Assembly (NCBI GenBank): GCA_051294905.1
Contig: CM119372.1
Coordinates: 26,476,001-26,540,000 of the forward strand
Direction of reading: 5' to 3'
Length of the DNA: 64,000 bases
Source: Botryllus schlosseri
Taxonomy: Eukaryota
A program made the translations under genes and the position numbers. Below the pieces are notes generated by a model. That model saw nothing but the letters and a program-made list of their open reading frames with translations. It did no database searches and was not told the origin of the DNA. This document shows positions 1 through 13,425 of this stretch, one piece after another; position 1 is the first letter of the stretch, and each line of letters opens with the position of its first letter.

Positions 1-483
1 CGCTGTATCCCGTCTGGCAATTCTTAACCTCAATCTTCCTCGCTAATCCCCTGGGATATCGAACAAAAGAACTATCGCTGGCTTCCCGCCTGATGAAAGT
101 TGCGAGTTGAGTGACTTTGCGCCTGATTAGCTCCTGTTATTAAATATAAAGATGACTATAACCCTTCAAGTCGATGTACCACCATACAATCTATTCTTAA
201 GCCTACTTGGTGTTAGAACGGCTGGCCTACTGAAATTATGTCAATATGAAACTATTGATTGTTGCGATATTGAATTCCTATATCTATAAATGCATATTTT
301 CAAAATGCTGATTGTCAGCAATCTCTGACACGCCGTGCTGAAATCGTACTAGCAAAATCGTAATACTCTACGGGTTTATGTAACCCTATTGTATATGGAA
401 TTACAATTTTATCAAAATCTTTCTTTCTTGGCCACAAGAAATGTCCACCCACGTCCCACACCCATACGTGTGACAAATGAAAT

Positions 484-860
484 AATTTACGGATTGATTC
501 GGTGAATCGAATTACGATCTCATGTCCGTAATTGAATACGGCGTAAATAACAGTAAATTTCGTTACGACCACGCATGTAAACTCGTTTACTGCTCAAAAA
601 GTGTAAATTTACGGATTGATTCGGTGAATCGAATTACGATCTCATGTCCGTAATTGAATACGGCGTAAATAACAGTAAATTTCGTTACGACCACGCATGT
701 AAACTCGTTTACTGCTCAAAAAGTGTAAATTTACGGATTGATTCGGTGAATCGAATTACGATCTCGTGTCCATAATTGACTACGGCTTAAATAACCGTAA
801 ATTTAGTTACGATCACGTATGTAAACTCGTTTACTGCTCAAAAAGGTGTGAATTTACGGA
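484..860. repeat. Tandem repeat of ~122-bp unit, about 3 copies, subterminal to a CACTG-ended element
   Basis: AATTTACGGATTGATTCGGTGAATCGAATTACGATCTC recurs at 484, 606 and 728, with a partial start at 851. Only one unit is present in the inverted partner (~52005-52140). Confidence 0.9.
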
Positions 861-979
861 TTTTTCTAACAGTGTATGCCAATATCTCTCTAAGTACAAT
901 AGCCAGGTAAAAGTTATTGCGTGCAATCGATGTAACTTTCAGAGTTATACAATCTGATACCGGAATTGTAGCTCTAGGC

Positions 980-2639
980 CAGTGGTTCTCAACCTTTTTC
1001 ACCTCGCGGACCGGTAAAATTTCAAAAAAATATTTTGCGGACCGGTGGACTTTCAGAAATTGAAATCAACCCCAAATGTAGAGTATGAAGCCGTTTTTTG
1101 CAAGTATATGGTGCTAGAGAGTGACATTTTAGGGTTTGGATCGTAATTAATTATGTTCATGATGGTATCCATGAGATTTTTCGGTAGTGAGTCTGCTGCG
1201 TCAAGGTAAAATTGCCTTGGCCAGATAAACGTGCGACCGCGGACAGTCGTTTAAAGTCTTTCGCCCCGTATGCCCTGGATTTAACCGACCATGTCAACTC
1301 GAATAAAATTATTCTCTTCGACAATATCGTGAGAAGAAGTGTTTGGGAGTCGAACCAAGCACCTTGTCGTGCTACCTTGCTGAAAGCTGATTGCTCACTA
1401 CCACCAGACGTAGGCTACTCTGGCTACTACGGATTCAATGTGCCGCACGAAAACACCTGTCAACAGCTATACCTGGCCAATGGCCATACACAAAACCAGT
1501 GCCGAAAAGGCACTTTGTCAGTCAACCCCTGAAAAACGTTAGTTTTTGGCCCCACAGCTAGATGGATGCTCTCACCACTGCTTGAGAGCACATCCGTTCT
1601 ACTAAGTGCCGGCAGAGAGTCTACGTAGCCTAATCGCTAAAAGCGTGGAAATTTTCTATAATTCATGACCAAATCCGTCAATAATATTGGTAATTGCGTA
1701 TATATTGCTATATTTTATTTTATCCTATCAGAATCAGATTCTCCGGTAGAGCTGAGTGAGGTGTCGTCTTGGAAAATTTATGGCATGTAATTAAATTAAA
1801 CATATTCGGGCTGGACTGTCAGTAATAATTACTTTGTTGCATGTCATTAATTCATGACCTACTGTCTGTTACATAGTGAATAGATATTGAAATCGCCCAA
1901 GCGTACTAAGCTAAAAGAAGCACACGATTCCAAATTGCTATTTCTTCACAGGAAAATAACTTTCTCTGTGGGATGGCGTTTTTCCTGTGGGGTACAGATT
2001 GCCAGTACTGGGAAATTCGGCTCCATTCATTTAGCTGCCAATGGACAATTTGACATATTTATATCGCGGTTTTTTGTCTACAAAGGGCAGTCATTTCGGC
2101 CAAGGTTTTGTCGCTGCAAAATGTTTGGCACACTTCGCGCAGTCCTGTATTAGCCCAAACTTCATCATGCATTGGTGCGTCGTGACGCGGCAATGGCTGA
2201 CGCCGAAAATGCCTGATCACTCAATATCCAATTTATTTAGTGACACCAAATCGGACAAAGTGTGAAATTTTGTTTTTAAAAGTTGGATGAAGTTTCACCT
2301 AAAATAATCTTTAGTTTATGTTCATTCACGAAATAACTTCGAGCTCCTTCAAGCTCGGCCCCTATCAATTAGGGGTTGTAGTGTGGCAGTTACCATAGTT
2401 ACTATACTGCACAAAATGAATGAATGGAAAACCAATCATCCTGCAAACTGCGCATTTTAGCAAGTCATCTTGTACTGGTTGCTCACGATGTTCTCAATCA
2501 GTTTAAATTTTGATGCTTTATTGATTTTATCAATCGACAAGCCTTCAACATATTTCACCTTGAAATTAAGGTATGAAATTGTAAAATGCCTCGCGGACCG
2601 GCAGTAAAGTCGTCGCGGACCGGCGGTTGAGAACCACTG
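980..2639. mobile_element. Non-autonomous hAT (Buster/Charlie-like) element inserted in a satellite monomer
   Basis: TIR CAGTGGTTCTCAACC...GGTTGAGAACCACTG; 8-bp TSD CTCTAGGC at 972-979 and 2640-2647; no transposase ORF. Confidence 0.9.
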
Positions 2640-4286
2640 CTCTAGGCCTTCGGGAGCATAGAGAAATCTTGGTCAATTTCATACCCCCCAAAATGTCTAA
2701 GTATGCCAATATCTCTCTAAGTACAATAGCCAGGGAAAGGTTATTGCGTGCAATCGATGTAACTTTCAGAGTTATGCAATCTGCTTGTAGTCGCGCAATT
2801 ATAAAAAAAATCTTACTCAACCGTTACTCGATCAACTAATCTTTTTCGCCATCGAAGCTCTGTAATGTACATGGCACTTGAATGTGTTGCCTCGCCATTT
2901 AGTGAATCCCTCTTCTAGTATTATTCACTATTCACTCCGATGGTATCGGCTACGCTAGTTAATCCAAACGCTCTTCTCTGGGTCGCGCAGATTCCAGTTA
3001 ACTTTAATTCGAATTCAAAATAACACTTCGAATTCAAAATCACACGTCCCAAACGATTAAACAATTACGCACACGTGTTTTTGAAATGATAATCACACCG
3101 TACATCACTCGATCCAGTTTATTCTGTCCACATCAAGTTTTGATCCGCACTGAAATGTTTTTCACAATTCGAACTGTTAGCATGACGCCTCAACCGATTG
3201 ACTTTGTTAATATGCCAATGGCCGTAATATTTGCACCCCACGATTTTGTGTTGTCACCAGTATTTGAATTGTATATTTAGTGTGACAATCGTTCATTTTT
3301 CCGTCATCACTTATTAGTTTCGCCGCAAGCTTATATTCACCTCTTTGTATGTCATATGCGTCTACCGAGCCTTTCACTTTGGCAATTGTTTATTTATCGC
3401 TAAAGCAATATTTTGTCGTTAATGTCTTTACCACCATACCCACCCCCCTTTCGTTCGCCGTTAAACCATTAGAGTTGTACTAAGTATTCGAATTTTAGTC
3501 TGTTATCACTACCGTGTCATGCTGATAGAGTCCTTCACTTAGTAGTTAAATCGTTGTCTCTGGTTTCCGTAATATCCTAAAGCTTTTACCAACCAGGGGG
3601 GCCCTTGTAGCGTACCGCTCCACGATTATCCTAATTACCCTCGCTGATCACTGATTATGCTTCTATACTTGTTGCTGTTGCGAACCTATGTGGCAGTCGC
3701 ATTTTGTCACCGTCCGAGGCGCGGTCGGCTCTTAGTCACCGTCGGAGGTGCAGTCGGCTTTTAGTCACCGTCGGAGGCAGTCGTCTTTTAGTCTCCGTCG
3801 GACGAGCGTCGTCATGTTTTAGTCATTTTATTAAAAGAGCAATGCTGACTTGTCTACTTTGACTTATCGAGCCGCGGACCTAGAAGAACGCGTGCCCACG
3901 ATAGAGCACGCCAACCGTTATTTGGTTGTATTAACGTAAGCATCCCTTTGTTGGACGCTGAGGGATGCGAAGCCCTAGCGGTACAACCAATACTTCCAAT
4001 CACTCTCACACCCAGGAAGAGTATGGCCCTTGGCCTTCATATTCCTGAACGGGATCGGAAACCGCTTGACGGGGCAGTATCCCATGCATAGTCATGGTGG
4101 CGAGGACAAGCTTGTGGCCGCAGACTCAAGCCCCTCAAAGCCTGGCTATGCAGACTCGTTGCACCAGTAACAAGAGAGAAACTGAAGCAAAACGAGATGG
4201 GTGTCTATGTGTACCACATAGACACCCTGGCAAACCCTACAGGGGGAGGTTGGCTGCGGTCCCTCAAGACCCTAAAAAAATAAAAA

Positions 4287-4420
4287 ATCTTTACACCGTA
4301 AACGGAAATATTATAAATCTTAGCCTCCGGCGATCCATCTTTACACCGTAAACGGAAATATTCAACATGTTCGCTTCGGGCGATCCATCTTTACTCCGTA
4401 AACGGAAATATTCAAAATTC
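4287..4420. repeat. Short tandem repeat (~50-bp unit x3) abutting the satellite
   Basis: ATCTTTACACCGTAAACGGAAATATT repeated three times, followed by a ~40-bp inverted satellite fragment (4420-4458). Confidence 0.8.
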
Positions 4421-4458
4421 ATTCCCCCCAAAATGTCAAAGTATGCCAATATCTCTCT

Positions 4459-7400
4459 ATGAAATTTACCAAGATTTCTCTATATTCCCGAAGGCCTAGA
4501 ACTACAATTCCGGTATCAGAGTGTCTAACTCTGAAAGTTTCATCGATTGCACGCAATAACTTTTCCCTGGCTATTGTACTTAGAGAGATATTGGCATACT
4601 TTGACATTTTGGGGGGTATGAAATTTACCAAGATTTCTCTATGTTCCCGAAGGCCTAGAACTACAATTCCGGTATCAGAGTATCTAACTCAGAAAGTTAC
4701 ATCGATTGCACGCAATAACTTTTCCCTGGCTATTGTACTTAGAGAGATATTGGCATACTTTGACATTTTTGGGGGTATGAAATTTACAAAGATTTCTCTA
4801 TGTTCCCGAAGGCCTAGAGCTTCAATTCCGGTATTAGATTGCATAACTCTAAAAGTTACATCGATTGCACGCATTCACCTTTCCAGGCTATGGTACTTAG
4901 AGAGATATTGGCATATTTCGACATTTTTGGGGGTATGAAATTTACCAAGATTTCTCTATGTTCCCGAAGGCCTGGAGCTACAATTCCAGTATCAGATTGT
5001 ATAACTCTAAAAGTTGCATAGATTGCACGCAATAACTTTTTCCTGGCTATTGTACTTAGAGAGATGTTGGCATATTTCGACATTTTAGGGTGTATGAAAT
5101 TGACCAAGACTTCTCTATGTACCCGAAGGCCTAGAGCTATAATTCCGGTATCAGATTGTATAACTCTAAAAGTTACATCGATTGCACGCAATAACTTTTC
5201 CCTGGCTATTGTACTTAGAGAGATGTTGGCATATTTAGACATTTTAGGGTGTATGAAATTGACCAAGACTTCTCTATGTACCCAAGGCCTAGAGCTATAA
5301 TTCCGGTATCAGATTGTATAACTCAGAAAGTTACATCGATTGCACGCAATAACTTTTCCTTGGCTATTGTACTTAGAGCGATATGGGCATATTTCGACAT
5401 TTTGGGGGGTATGGAATTGACCAAGATTTCTCTATGTACCCGAAGGCCTAGAGTCACAATTCCGGTATCAGATTGCATAACTCTAAAATTTACATCGATT
5501 GCACGCAATAACTTTTCCCTGGCTATTGTACTTAGAGAGATATTGGCATACTTAGACATTTTTGGGGGTATGAAATTGACCAAGATGTCTCTATGTTCCC
5601 GAGGGCCTAGAGCTACAATTCCGGTATCAGATTGTATAACTCTAAAATTTACATCGATTGCACGCAATAACTTTTCCCTGGCTAATGTACTTAGAGAGAT
5701 ATTGGCATACTTAGACATTTTTGGGTTATGAAATTGACCAAGATTTCTCTATGTTCCCGAAGGCCTGGAGCTACAATTCCAGTATCAGATTGTATAACTC
5801 TAAAAGTTACATCGATTGCACGCAAAAACTTTTCCCTGGCTATTGTACTTGGAGAGATATTGGCATATTTCCTCATTTTGGGGGGTATGAAATTGACCAA
5901 GATTTCTCTATGTTCCCGAAGGCCTGGAGCTACAATTCCGGTATCAGATTGTATAACTCTAAAAGTTACATCGATTGCACGCAATAACTTTTTCCTGACT
6001 ATTGTACTTAGATAGATATTGGCATATCTCGACATTTTCGGGGGTAGGAAATTGACCAAGATGTCTCTATGTTCCCGAGGGCCTAGAGCTACAATTCCGG
6101 TATCAGATTGTATAACTCTAAAATTTACATCGATTGCACGCAATAACTTTTCCCTGGCTAATGTACTTAGAGAGATATTGGCATACTTAGACATTTTTGG
6201 GTTATGAAATTGACCAAGATTTCTCTATGTTCCCGAAGGTCAAGAGCTACAATTCCAGTATCAGATTGTATGACTCTGAAAATTACATCGATTGCACGCA
6301 ATAACTTTTCCCTGGCTATTGTACTTAGAGAGATATTGGCATACTTAGACATTTTGGGGGGTATGAAATTGACCAAGATTTCTCTATGTCCCCGAAGGCC
6401 TAGAGCTACAATTCCGGTATCAGATTGTATAACTCTGAAAGTTACATCGATTGCACGCAAAAACTTTTCCCTGGCTATTGTACTTAGAGAGATATTGGCA
6501 TATTTCGACATTTTGGGGGGTAGGAAATTTACCAAGATTTCTCTATGTTCCCAGGGGCCTAGAGCTACAATTCCGGTATCAGATTGTATAACTCTAAAAG
6601 TTACATCGACTGCACGCAATAACTTTTCCCTGGCTATTGTACTTAGAGCGATATTGGCATATTTCGACATTTTGGGGGTATGGAATTGACCAAAATTTCT
6701 CTATGTTCCCGAAGGCCTGGAGCTACAATTCCGGTATCAGATTGTATAACTCTAAAAGTTACATCGATTGCACGCAAAAACTTTTCCCTGGCTATTGTAC
6801 TTAGAGAGATATTGGCATATTTCGACATTTTAGGGGGTATGAAATTGACCAAGATTTCTTTATATTCCCGAAGGCCTAGAGCTTCAATTCCGGTATTAGA
6901 TTGCATAACTCTAAAAGTTACATCGCTTGCACGCATCCACCTTTCCCAGGCTATTGTACTTAGAGAGATATTGGCATATTTCGACATTTTTGGGGGTATG
7001 AAATGGACCAAGATTTCTCTATGTTCCCGAAGGCCTGGAGCTACAATTCCAGTATCAGATTGTATAACTCTAAAAGTTACATCGATTGCACGCAAAAACT
7101 TTTCCCTGGCTATTGTACTTGGAGAGATATTGGCATATTTCCTCATTTTGGGGGGTATGAAACTGACCAAGATTTCTCTATGTTCCCGAAGGCCTGGAGC
7201 TACAATTCCGGTATCAGATTGTATAACTCTAAAAGTTACATCGATTGCACGCAATAACTTTTTCCTGACTATTGTACTTAGATAGATATTGGCATATTTC
7301 GACATTTTGAGGGGTATGAAATTGACCAAGATTTTTCTATGTTCTCGAAGTCTTAGAGCTACAATTCCGGTGTCAGATTGTATAACTCTGAAAGTTACAT

Positions 7401-10400
7401 CGATTGCACGCAATAACTTTTCCCTGGCTATTGTACTTAGAGAGATGTTGGCATACTTAGACATTTTGGGATGTATGAAATTGACCAAGATTTCTCTATG
7501 TTCCCGAAGACCTGGAGCTACAATTCTGGGATCAGATTGTATAACTCTAAAAGTTACATCGATTGCATGCAATAACTTTTCCCTGGCTATTGTACTTAGA
7601 GCGATATGGGCATATTTCGACATTTTGGGGGGAATGGAATTGACCAAGATTTCTCTATGTACCCGAAGGCCTAGAGTCACAATTCCGGTATCAGATTGTA
7701 TAACTCTAAAATTTACATCGATTGCACGCAATAACTTTTCCCTGGCTATTGTACTTAGAGAGATATTGGCATACTTAGACATTTTTGGGGGTATGAAATT
7801 TACCAAGATTTCTCTATGTTCCCGAAGGCCTGGAGCTACAATTCCAGTATCAGATTGTATAACTCTAAAAGTTGCATAGATTGCACGCAATAACTTTTTC
7901 CTGGCTATTGTACTTAGAGAGATGTTGGCATATTTCGACATTTTAGGGTGTATGAAATTGACCAAGACTTCTCTATGTACCCGAAGGCCTAGAGCTATAA
8001 TTCCGGTATCAGATTGTATAACTCAGAAAGTTACATCGATTGCACGCAATAACTTTTCCCTGGCTATTGTACTTAGAGAGATGTTGGCATATTTAGACAT
8101 TTTAGGGTGTATGAAATTGACCAAGACTTCTCTATGTACCCAAGGCCTAGAGCTATAATTCCGGTATCAGATTGTATAACTCAGAAAGTTACATCGATTG
8201 CACGCAATAACTTTTCCTTGGCTATTGTACTTAGAGCGATATGGGCATATTTCGACATTTTGGGGGGTATGGAATTGACCAAGATTTCTCTATGTACCCG
8301 AAGGCCTAGAGTCACAATTCCGGTATCAGATTGCATAACTCTAAAATTTACATCGATTGCACGCAATAACTTTTCCCTGGCTATTGTACTTAGAGAGATA
8401 TTGGCATACTTAGACATTTTTGGGGGTATGAAATTGACCAAGATGTCTCTATGTTCCCGAGGGCCTAGAGCTACAATTCCGGTATCAGATTGTATAACTC
8501 TAAAATTTACATCGATTGCACGCAATAACTTTTCCCTGGCTAATGTACTTAGAGAGATATTGGCATACTTAGACATTTTTGGGTTATGAAATTGACCAAG
8601 ATTTCTCTATGTTCCCGAAGGCCTGGAGCTACAATTCCAGTATCAGATTGTATAACTCTAAAAGTTACATCGATTGCACGCAAAAACTTTTCCCTGGCTA
8701 TTGTACTTGGAGAGATATTGGCATATTTCCTCATTTTGGGGGGTATGAAATTGACCAAGATTTCTCTATGTTCCCGAAGGCCTGGAGCTACAATTCCGGT
8801 ATCAGATTGTATAACTCGAAAAGTTACATCGATTGCACGCAATAACTTTTTCCTGACTATTGTACTTAGATAGATATTGGCATATCTCGACATTTTCGGG
8901 GGTAGGAAATTGACCAAGATGTCTCTATGTTCCCGAGGGCCTAGAGCTACAATTCCGGTATCAGATTGTATAACTCTAAAATTTACATCGATTGCACGCA
9001 ATAACTTTTCCCTGGCTAATGTACTTAGAGAGATATTGGCATACTTAGACATTTTTGGGTTATGAAATTGACCAAGATTTCTCTATGTTCCCGAAGGTCA
9101 AGAGCTACAATTCCAGTATCAGATTGTATGACTCTGAAAATTACATCGATTGCACGCAATAACTTTTCCCTGGCTATTGTACTTAGAGAGATATTGGCAT
9201 ACTTAGACATTTTGGGGGGTATGAAATTGACCAAGATTTCTCTATGTCCCCGAAGGCCTAGAGCTACAATTCCGGTATCAGATTGTATAACTCTGAAAGT
9301 TACATCGATTGCACGCAAAAACTTTTCCCTGGCTATTGTACTTAGAGAGATATTGGCATATTTCGACATTTTGGGGGGTAGGAAATTTACCAAGATTTCT
9401 CTATGTTCCCAGGGGCCTAGAGCTACAATTCCGGTATCAGATTGTATAACTCTAAAAGTTACATCGACTGCACGCAATAACTTTTCCCTGGCTATTGTAC
9501 TTAGAGCGATATTGGCATATTTCGACATTTTGGGGGTATGGAATTGACCAAAATTTCTCTATGTTCCCGAAGGCCTGGAGCTACAATTCCGGTATCAGAT
9601 TGTATAACTCTAAAAGTTACATCGATTGCACGCAAAAACTTTTCCCTGGCTATTGTACTTAGAGAGATATTGGCATATTTCGACATTTTAGGGGGTATGA
9701 AATTGACCAAGATTTCTTTATATTCCCGAAGGCCTAGAGCTTCAATTCCGGTATTAGATTGCATAACTCTAAAAGTTACATCGATTGCACGCATCCACCT
9801 TTCCCAGGCTATTGTACTTAGAGAGATATTGGCATATTTCGACATTTTTGGGGGTATGAAATGGACCAAGATTTCTCTATGTTCCCGAAGGCCTGGAGCT
9901 ACAATTCCAGTATCAGATTGTATAACTCTAAAAGTTACATCGATTGCACGCAAAAACTTTTCCCTGGCTATTGTACTTGGAGAGATATTGGCATATTTCC
10001 TCATTTTGGGGGGTATGAAACTGACCAAGATTTCTCTATGTTCCCGAAGGCCTGGAGCTACAATTCCGGTATCAGATTGTATAACTCTAAAAGTTACATC
10101 GATTGCACGCAATAACTTTTTCCTGACTATTGTACTTAGATAGATATTGGCATATTTCGACATTTTGAGGGGTATGAAATTGACCAAGATTTTTCTATGT
10201 TCTCGAAGTCTTAGAGCTACAATTCCGGTGTCAGATTGTATAACTCTGAAAGTTACATCGATTGCACGCAATAACTTTTCCCTGGCTATTGTACTTAGAG
10301 AGATGTTGGCATACTTAGACATTTTGGGATGTATGAAATTGACCAAGATTTCTCTATGTTCCCGAAGACCTGGAGCTACAATTCTGGGATCAGATTGTAT

Positions 10401-12577
10401 AACTCTAAAAGTTACATCGATTGCATGCAATAACTTTTCCCTGGCTATTGTACTTAGAGCGATATGGGCATATTTCGACATTTTGGGGGGAATGGAATTG
10501 ACCAAGATTTCTCTATGTACCCGAAGGCCTAGAGTCACAATTCCGGTATCAGATTGTATAACTCTAAAATTTACATCGATTGCACGCAATAACTTTTCCC
10601 TGGCTATTGTACTTAGAGAGATATTGGCATACTTAGACATTTTGGGGGGTATGAAATTGACCAAGATTTCTCTATGTTCCCGAAGGCCTGGAGCTACAAT
10701 TCCGGTATCAGATGGTATAACTCTGAAAGTTACATCGATTGCAAGCAATATCTTTTCCCTGGCTATTGTACTTAGAGAGATATTGGCATACTTAGACATT
10801 TTGGAGAGTATGAAAATGACCAAGATTTCTCTATGTTCCCGAAGGCCTAGAGCTACAATTCCGGTATCAGATTGTATAAGTCTGAAAGTTACATCGATTG
10901 CACGCAATAACTTTTCCCTTGCTATTGTACTTAGAGAGATATTGGCATACTTAGACATTTTGGGGGGTATGAAATTGACCAAGATTTCTCTATGTCCCCG
11001 AAGACCTGGAGCTACAATTCCAGTATCAGATCGTATAACTCTAAAAGTTACATCGATTGCACGCAATAACTTTTCCTTGGCTATTGTACTTAGAGAGATA
11101 TTAGCATATTTCGACATTTTAGGGTGTATGAAATTGACCAAGACTTCTCTATGTACCCGAAGGCCTAGAGCTATAATTCCGGTATCAGATTGTATAACTC
11201 TAAAAGTTATATCGATTGCACGCAATAACTTTTCCCTGGCTATTGTACTTAGAGAGATATTGGCATACTTAGACATTTTGGGGGGTATGAAATTGACCAA
11301 GATTTCTCTATGTCCCCGAAGGCCTAGAGCTACAATTCCGGTATCAGATTGTATAACTCTGAAAGTTACATCGATTGCACGTAATAACTTTTCCCTGGCT
11401 ATTGTACTTAGAGCGATATTGGCATATTTCGACATTTTGGGGGTATGGAATTGACCAAGATTTCTCTATGTTCCCGAAGGCCTGGAGCTACAATTCCGGT
11501 ATCAGATTGTATAACTCTAAAAGTTACATCGATTGCACGCAAAAACTTTTCCCTGGCTATTGTACTTAGACAGATATTGGCATATTTCGACATTTTAAGG
11601 GGGTATGAAATTGACCAAGATTTCTTTATATTCCCGAAGGCCTAGAGCTTCAATTCCGGTATTAGATTGCATAACTCTAAAAGTTACATCGATTGCACGC
11701 ATCCACCTTTCCCAGGCTATTGTACTTAGAGAGATATTGGCATATTTCGACATTTTTGGGGGTATGAAATGGACCAAGATTTCTTTATGTTCCCGAAGGC
11801 CTGGAGCTACAATTCCAGTATCAGATTGTATAACTCTAAAAGTTACATCGATTGCACGCAAAAACTTTTCCCTGGCTATTGTACTTGGAGAGATATTGGC
11901 ATATCTCGACATTTTCGGGGGTAGGAAATTGACCAAGATGTCTCTATGTTCCCGAGGGCCTAGAGCTACAATTCCGGTATCAGATTGTATAACTCTAAAA
12001 TTTACATCGATTGCACGCAATAACTTTTCCCTGGCTAATGTACTTAGAGAGATATTGGCATACTTAGACATTTTTGGGTTATGAAATTGACCAAGATTTC
12101 TCTATGTTCCCGAAGGCCAAGAGCTACAATTCCAGTATCAGATTGTATAACTCTGAAAATTACATCGATTGCACGCAATAACTTTTCCCTGGCTATTGTA
12201 CTTAGAGAGATATTGGCATACTTTGACATTTTAGGGGGTATGAAATGGACCAAGATTTCTCTATGTTCCCGAAGGCCTGGAGCTACAATTCCAGTATCAG
12301 ATTGTATAACTCTAAACGTTACATCGATTGCACGCAAAAACTTTTCCCTGGCTCTTGTACTTGGAGAGATATTGGCATATTTCCTCATTTTGGGGGGTAT
12401 GAAATTGACCAAGATTTCTCTATGTTCCCGAAAGCCTGGAGCTACAATTCCGGTATCAGATTGTATAACTCTAAAAGTTACATCGATTGCACGCAATAAC
12501 TTTTTCCTGGCTATTGTACTTAGATAGATATTGGCATATTTCGACATTTTGAGGGGTATGAAATTGACCAAGATTTC
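4459..12577 (+). repeat. 159-bp satellite array, left part (~51 monomers), with a 2858-bp (18-mer) higher-order duplication
   Basis: Monomer GGGGGTATGAAATTGACCAAGATTTCTCTATGTTCCCGAAGGCCTAGAGCTACAATTCCGGTATCAGATTG... repeats head to tail. The variant series recurs at an offset of 2858 (5064/7922, 5249/8107, 6680/9538, 7289/10147). Confidence 0.97.
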
Positions 12578-12852
12578 GGAACTCCTGCACCAGACGCCGT
12601 CCTTTACTCGTACATGTGAATCACTATCTATTTAGTGTTTCACATGTATTTTTTATCTAAACTCAAGTGTTTCCCCATGAACATCGAAATTACGTATACA
12701 TTTTAGGGCTTATAATTCATGTATTGCATATAGAAGCAAATGCAACAAACAACCAATCTTCGCAGTACTACTTCTAAACATTTAAAGCAGATTCAAACAA
12801 GAAAAAAAATATTTTTTATTTTTTTATTTTTAATTACCTTTTGCCCACGACT

Positions 12853-13425
12853 TTATGCGCTGTTCGATCGTGTTCGTTTCACGATCCCGTGCGCGAGTCG
12901 TATATGTGAGTTAGGGATAGGGTCTTCACATAAAACTACGTCCGAATTGGGCGATTGCAATAGAGTTAATCCCAATTTTCGGAGATCGCATGAGTCCATT
13001 TCTGAAGCAGCTCCCCGAATATATTTATAGCTTGGCTCCTGTATGCTGAGGTGTACATACCTCCTACCCATACGTCTGAGTTCGCTATTCATGATTTGTA
13101 TGGCTCTGGTACGTGTAGTCATATGATACAATTTGTCATTATTTAAATATTGTTCATAATGAGGGGGTTCTCCCACGGTATGTCCCTGTGTGGCCGCCAA
13201 CCCTTTATCCGAGACTACCGCTCTGGTACTGTCCCGCATTATCTGTTTTAGCGTGGCCATCGGGAGATCCCTCCCCAACTTCTCTTTCAGGAGTTGTTGT
13301 ACGTTTTCCCAGGGATGAATACCGTTTTGACTGTTATCACATACTTCGTGTCTACAGTGACGTATCAAAAATCTCTGCACACTTTCGCGATCTCGTGCGC
13401 TGTTGACTGTGTGTCCCTTGGTGTT
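12853..13425 (-). CDS. C-terminal extension of pol, in frame after a single TAA; unknown function, no DDE integrase core
   Basis: Same frame as 13426-15294 with no other stop between 13425 and 13380. The segment RHCRHEVCDNSQNGIHPWENVQQLLKEK loosely resembles a degenerate integrase HHCC helix region. Confidence 0.5.
   Translation of the reverse strand, partial: NTKGHTVNSARDRESVQRFLIRHCRHEVCDNSQNGIHPWENVQQLLKEKLGRDLPMATLKQIMRDSTRAVVSDKGLAATQGHTVGEPPHYEQYLNNDKLYHMTTRTRAIQIMNSELRRMGRRYVHLSIQEPSYKYIRGAASEMDSCDLRKLGLTLLQSPNSDVVLCEDPIPNSHIRLAHGIVKRTRSNSA

Larger units (their letters stand above)
1..2783 (-). repeat. Left arm of a long inverted duplication; partner at 50004-52614; may extend beyond the window start
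   Basis: Bases 1-60 are the reverse complement of ~52555-52614. ORF-track pairs mirror each other (1212-1532 vs 51336-51656; 2041-2265 vs 50603-50827). Both arms carry the same hAT MITE at the same satellite position. Confidence 0.95.

Noticed and set aside
4419..12571. Many long ORFs (up to 644 aa) of 53-aa repeats on both strands, also at 44224-50239
   Set aside because: A by-product of a 159-bp (3n) monomer that lacks stops in one frame per strand. Frames break at random 1-bp indels and no domain is recognisable.
4459..12577. CRISPR-like array
   Set aside because: Head-to-tail monomers without unique spacers, no cas genes, eukaryotic context.
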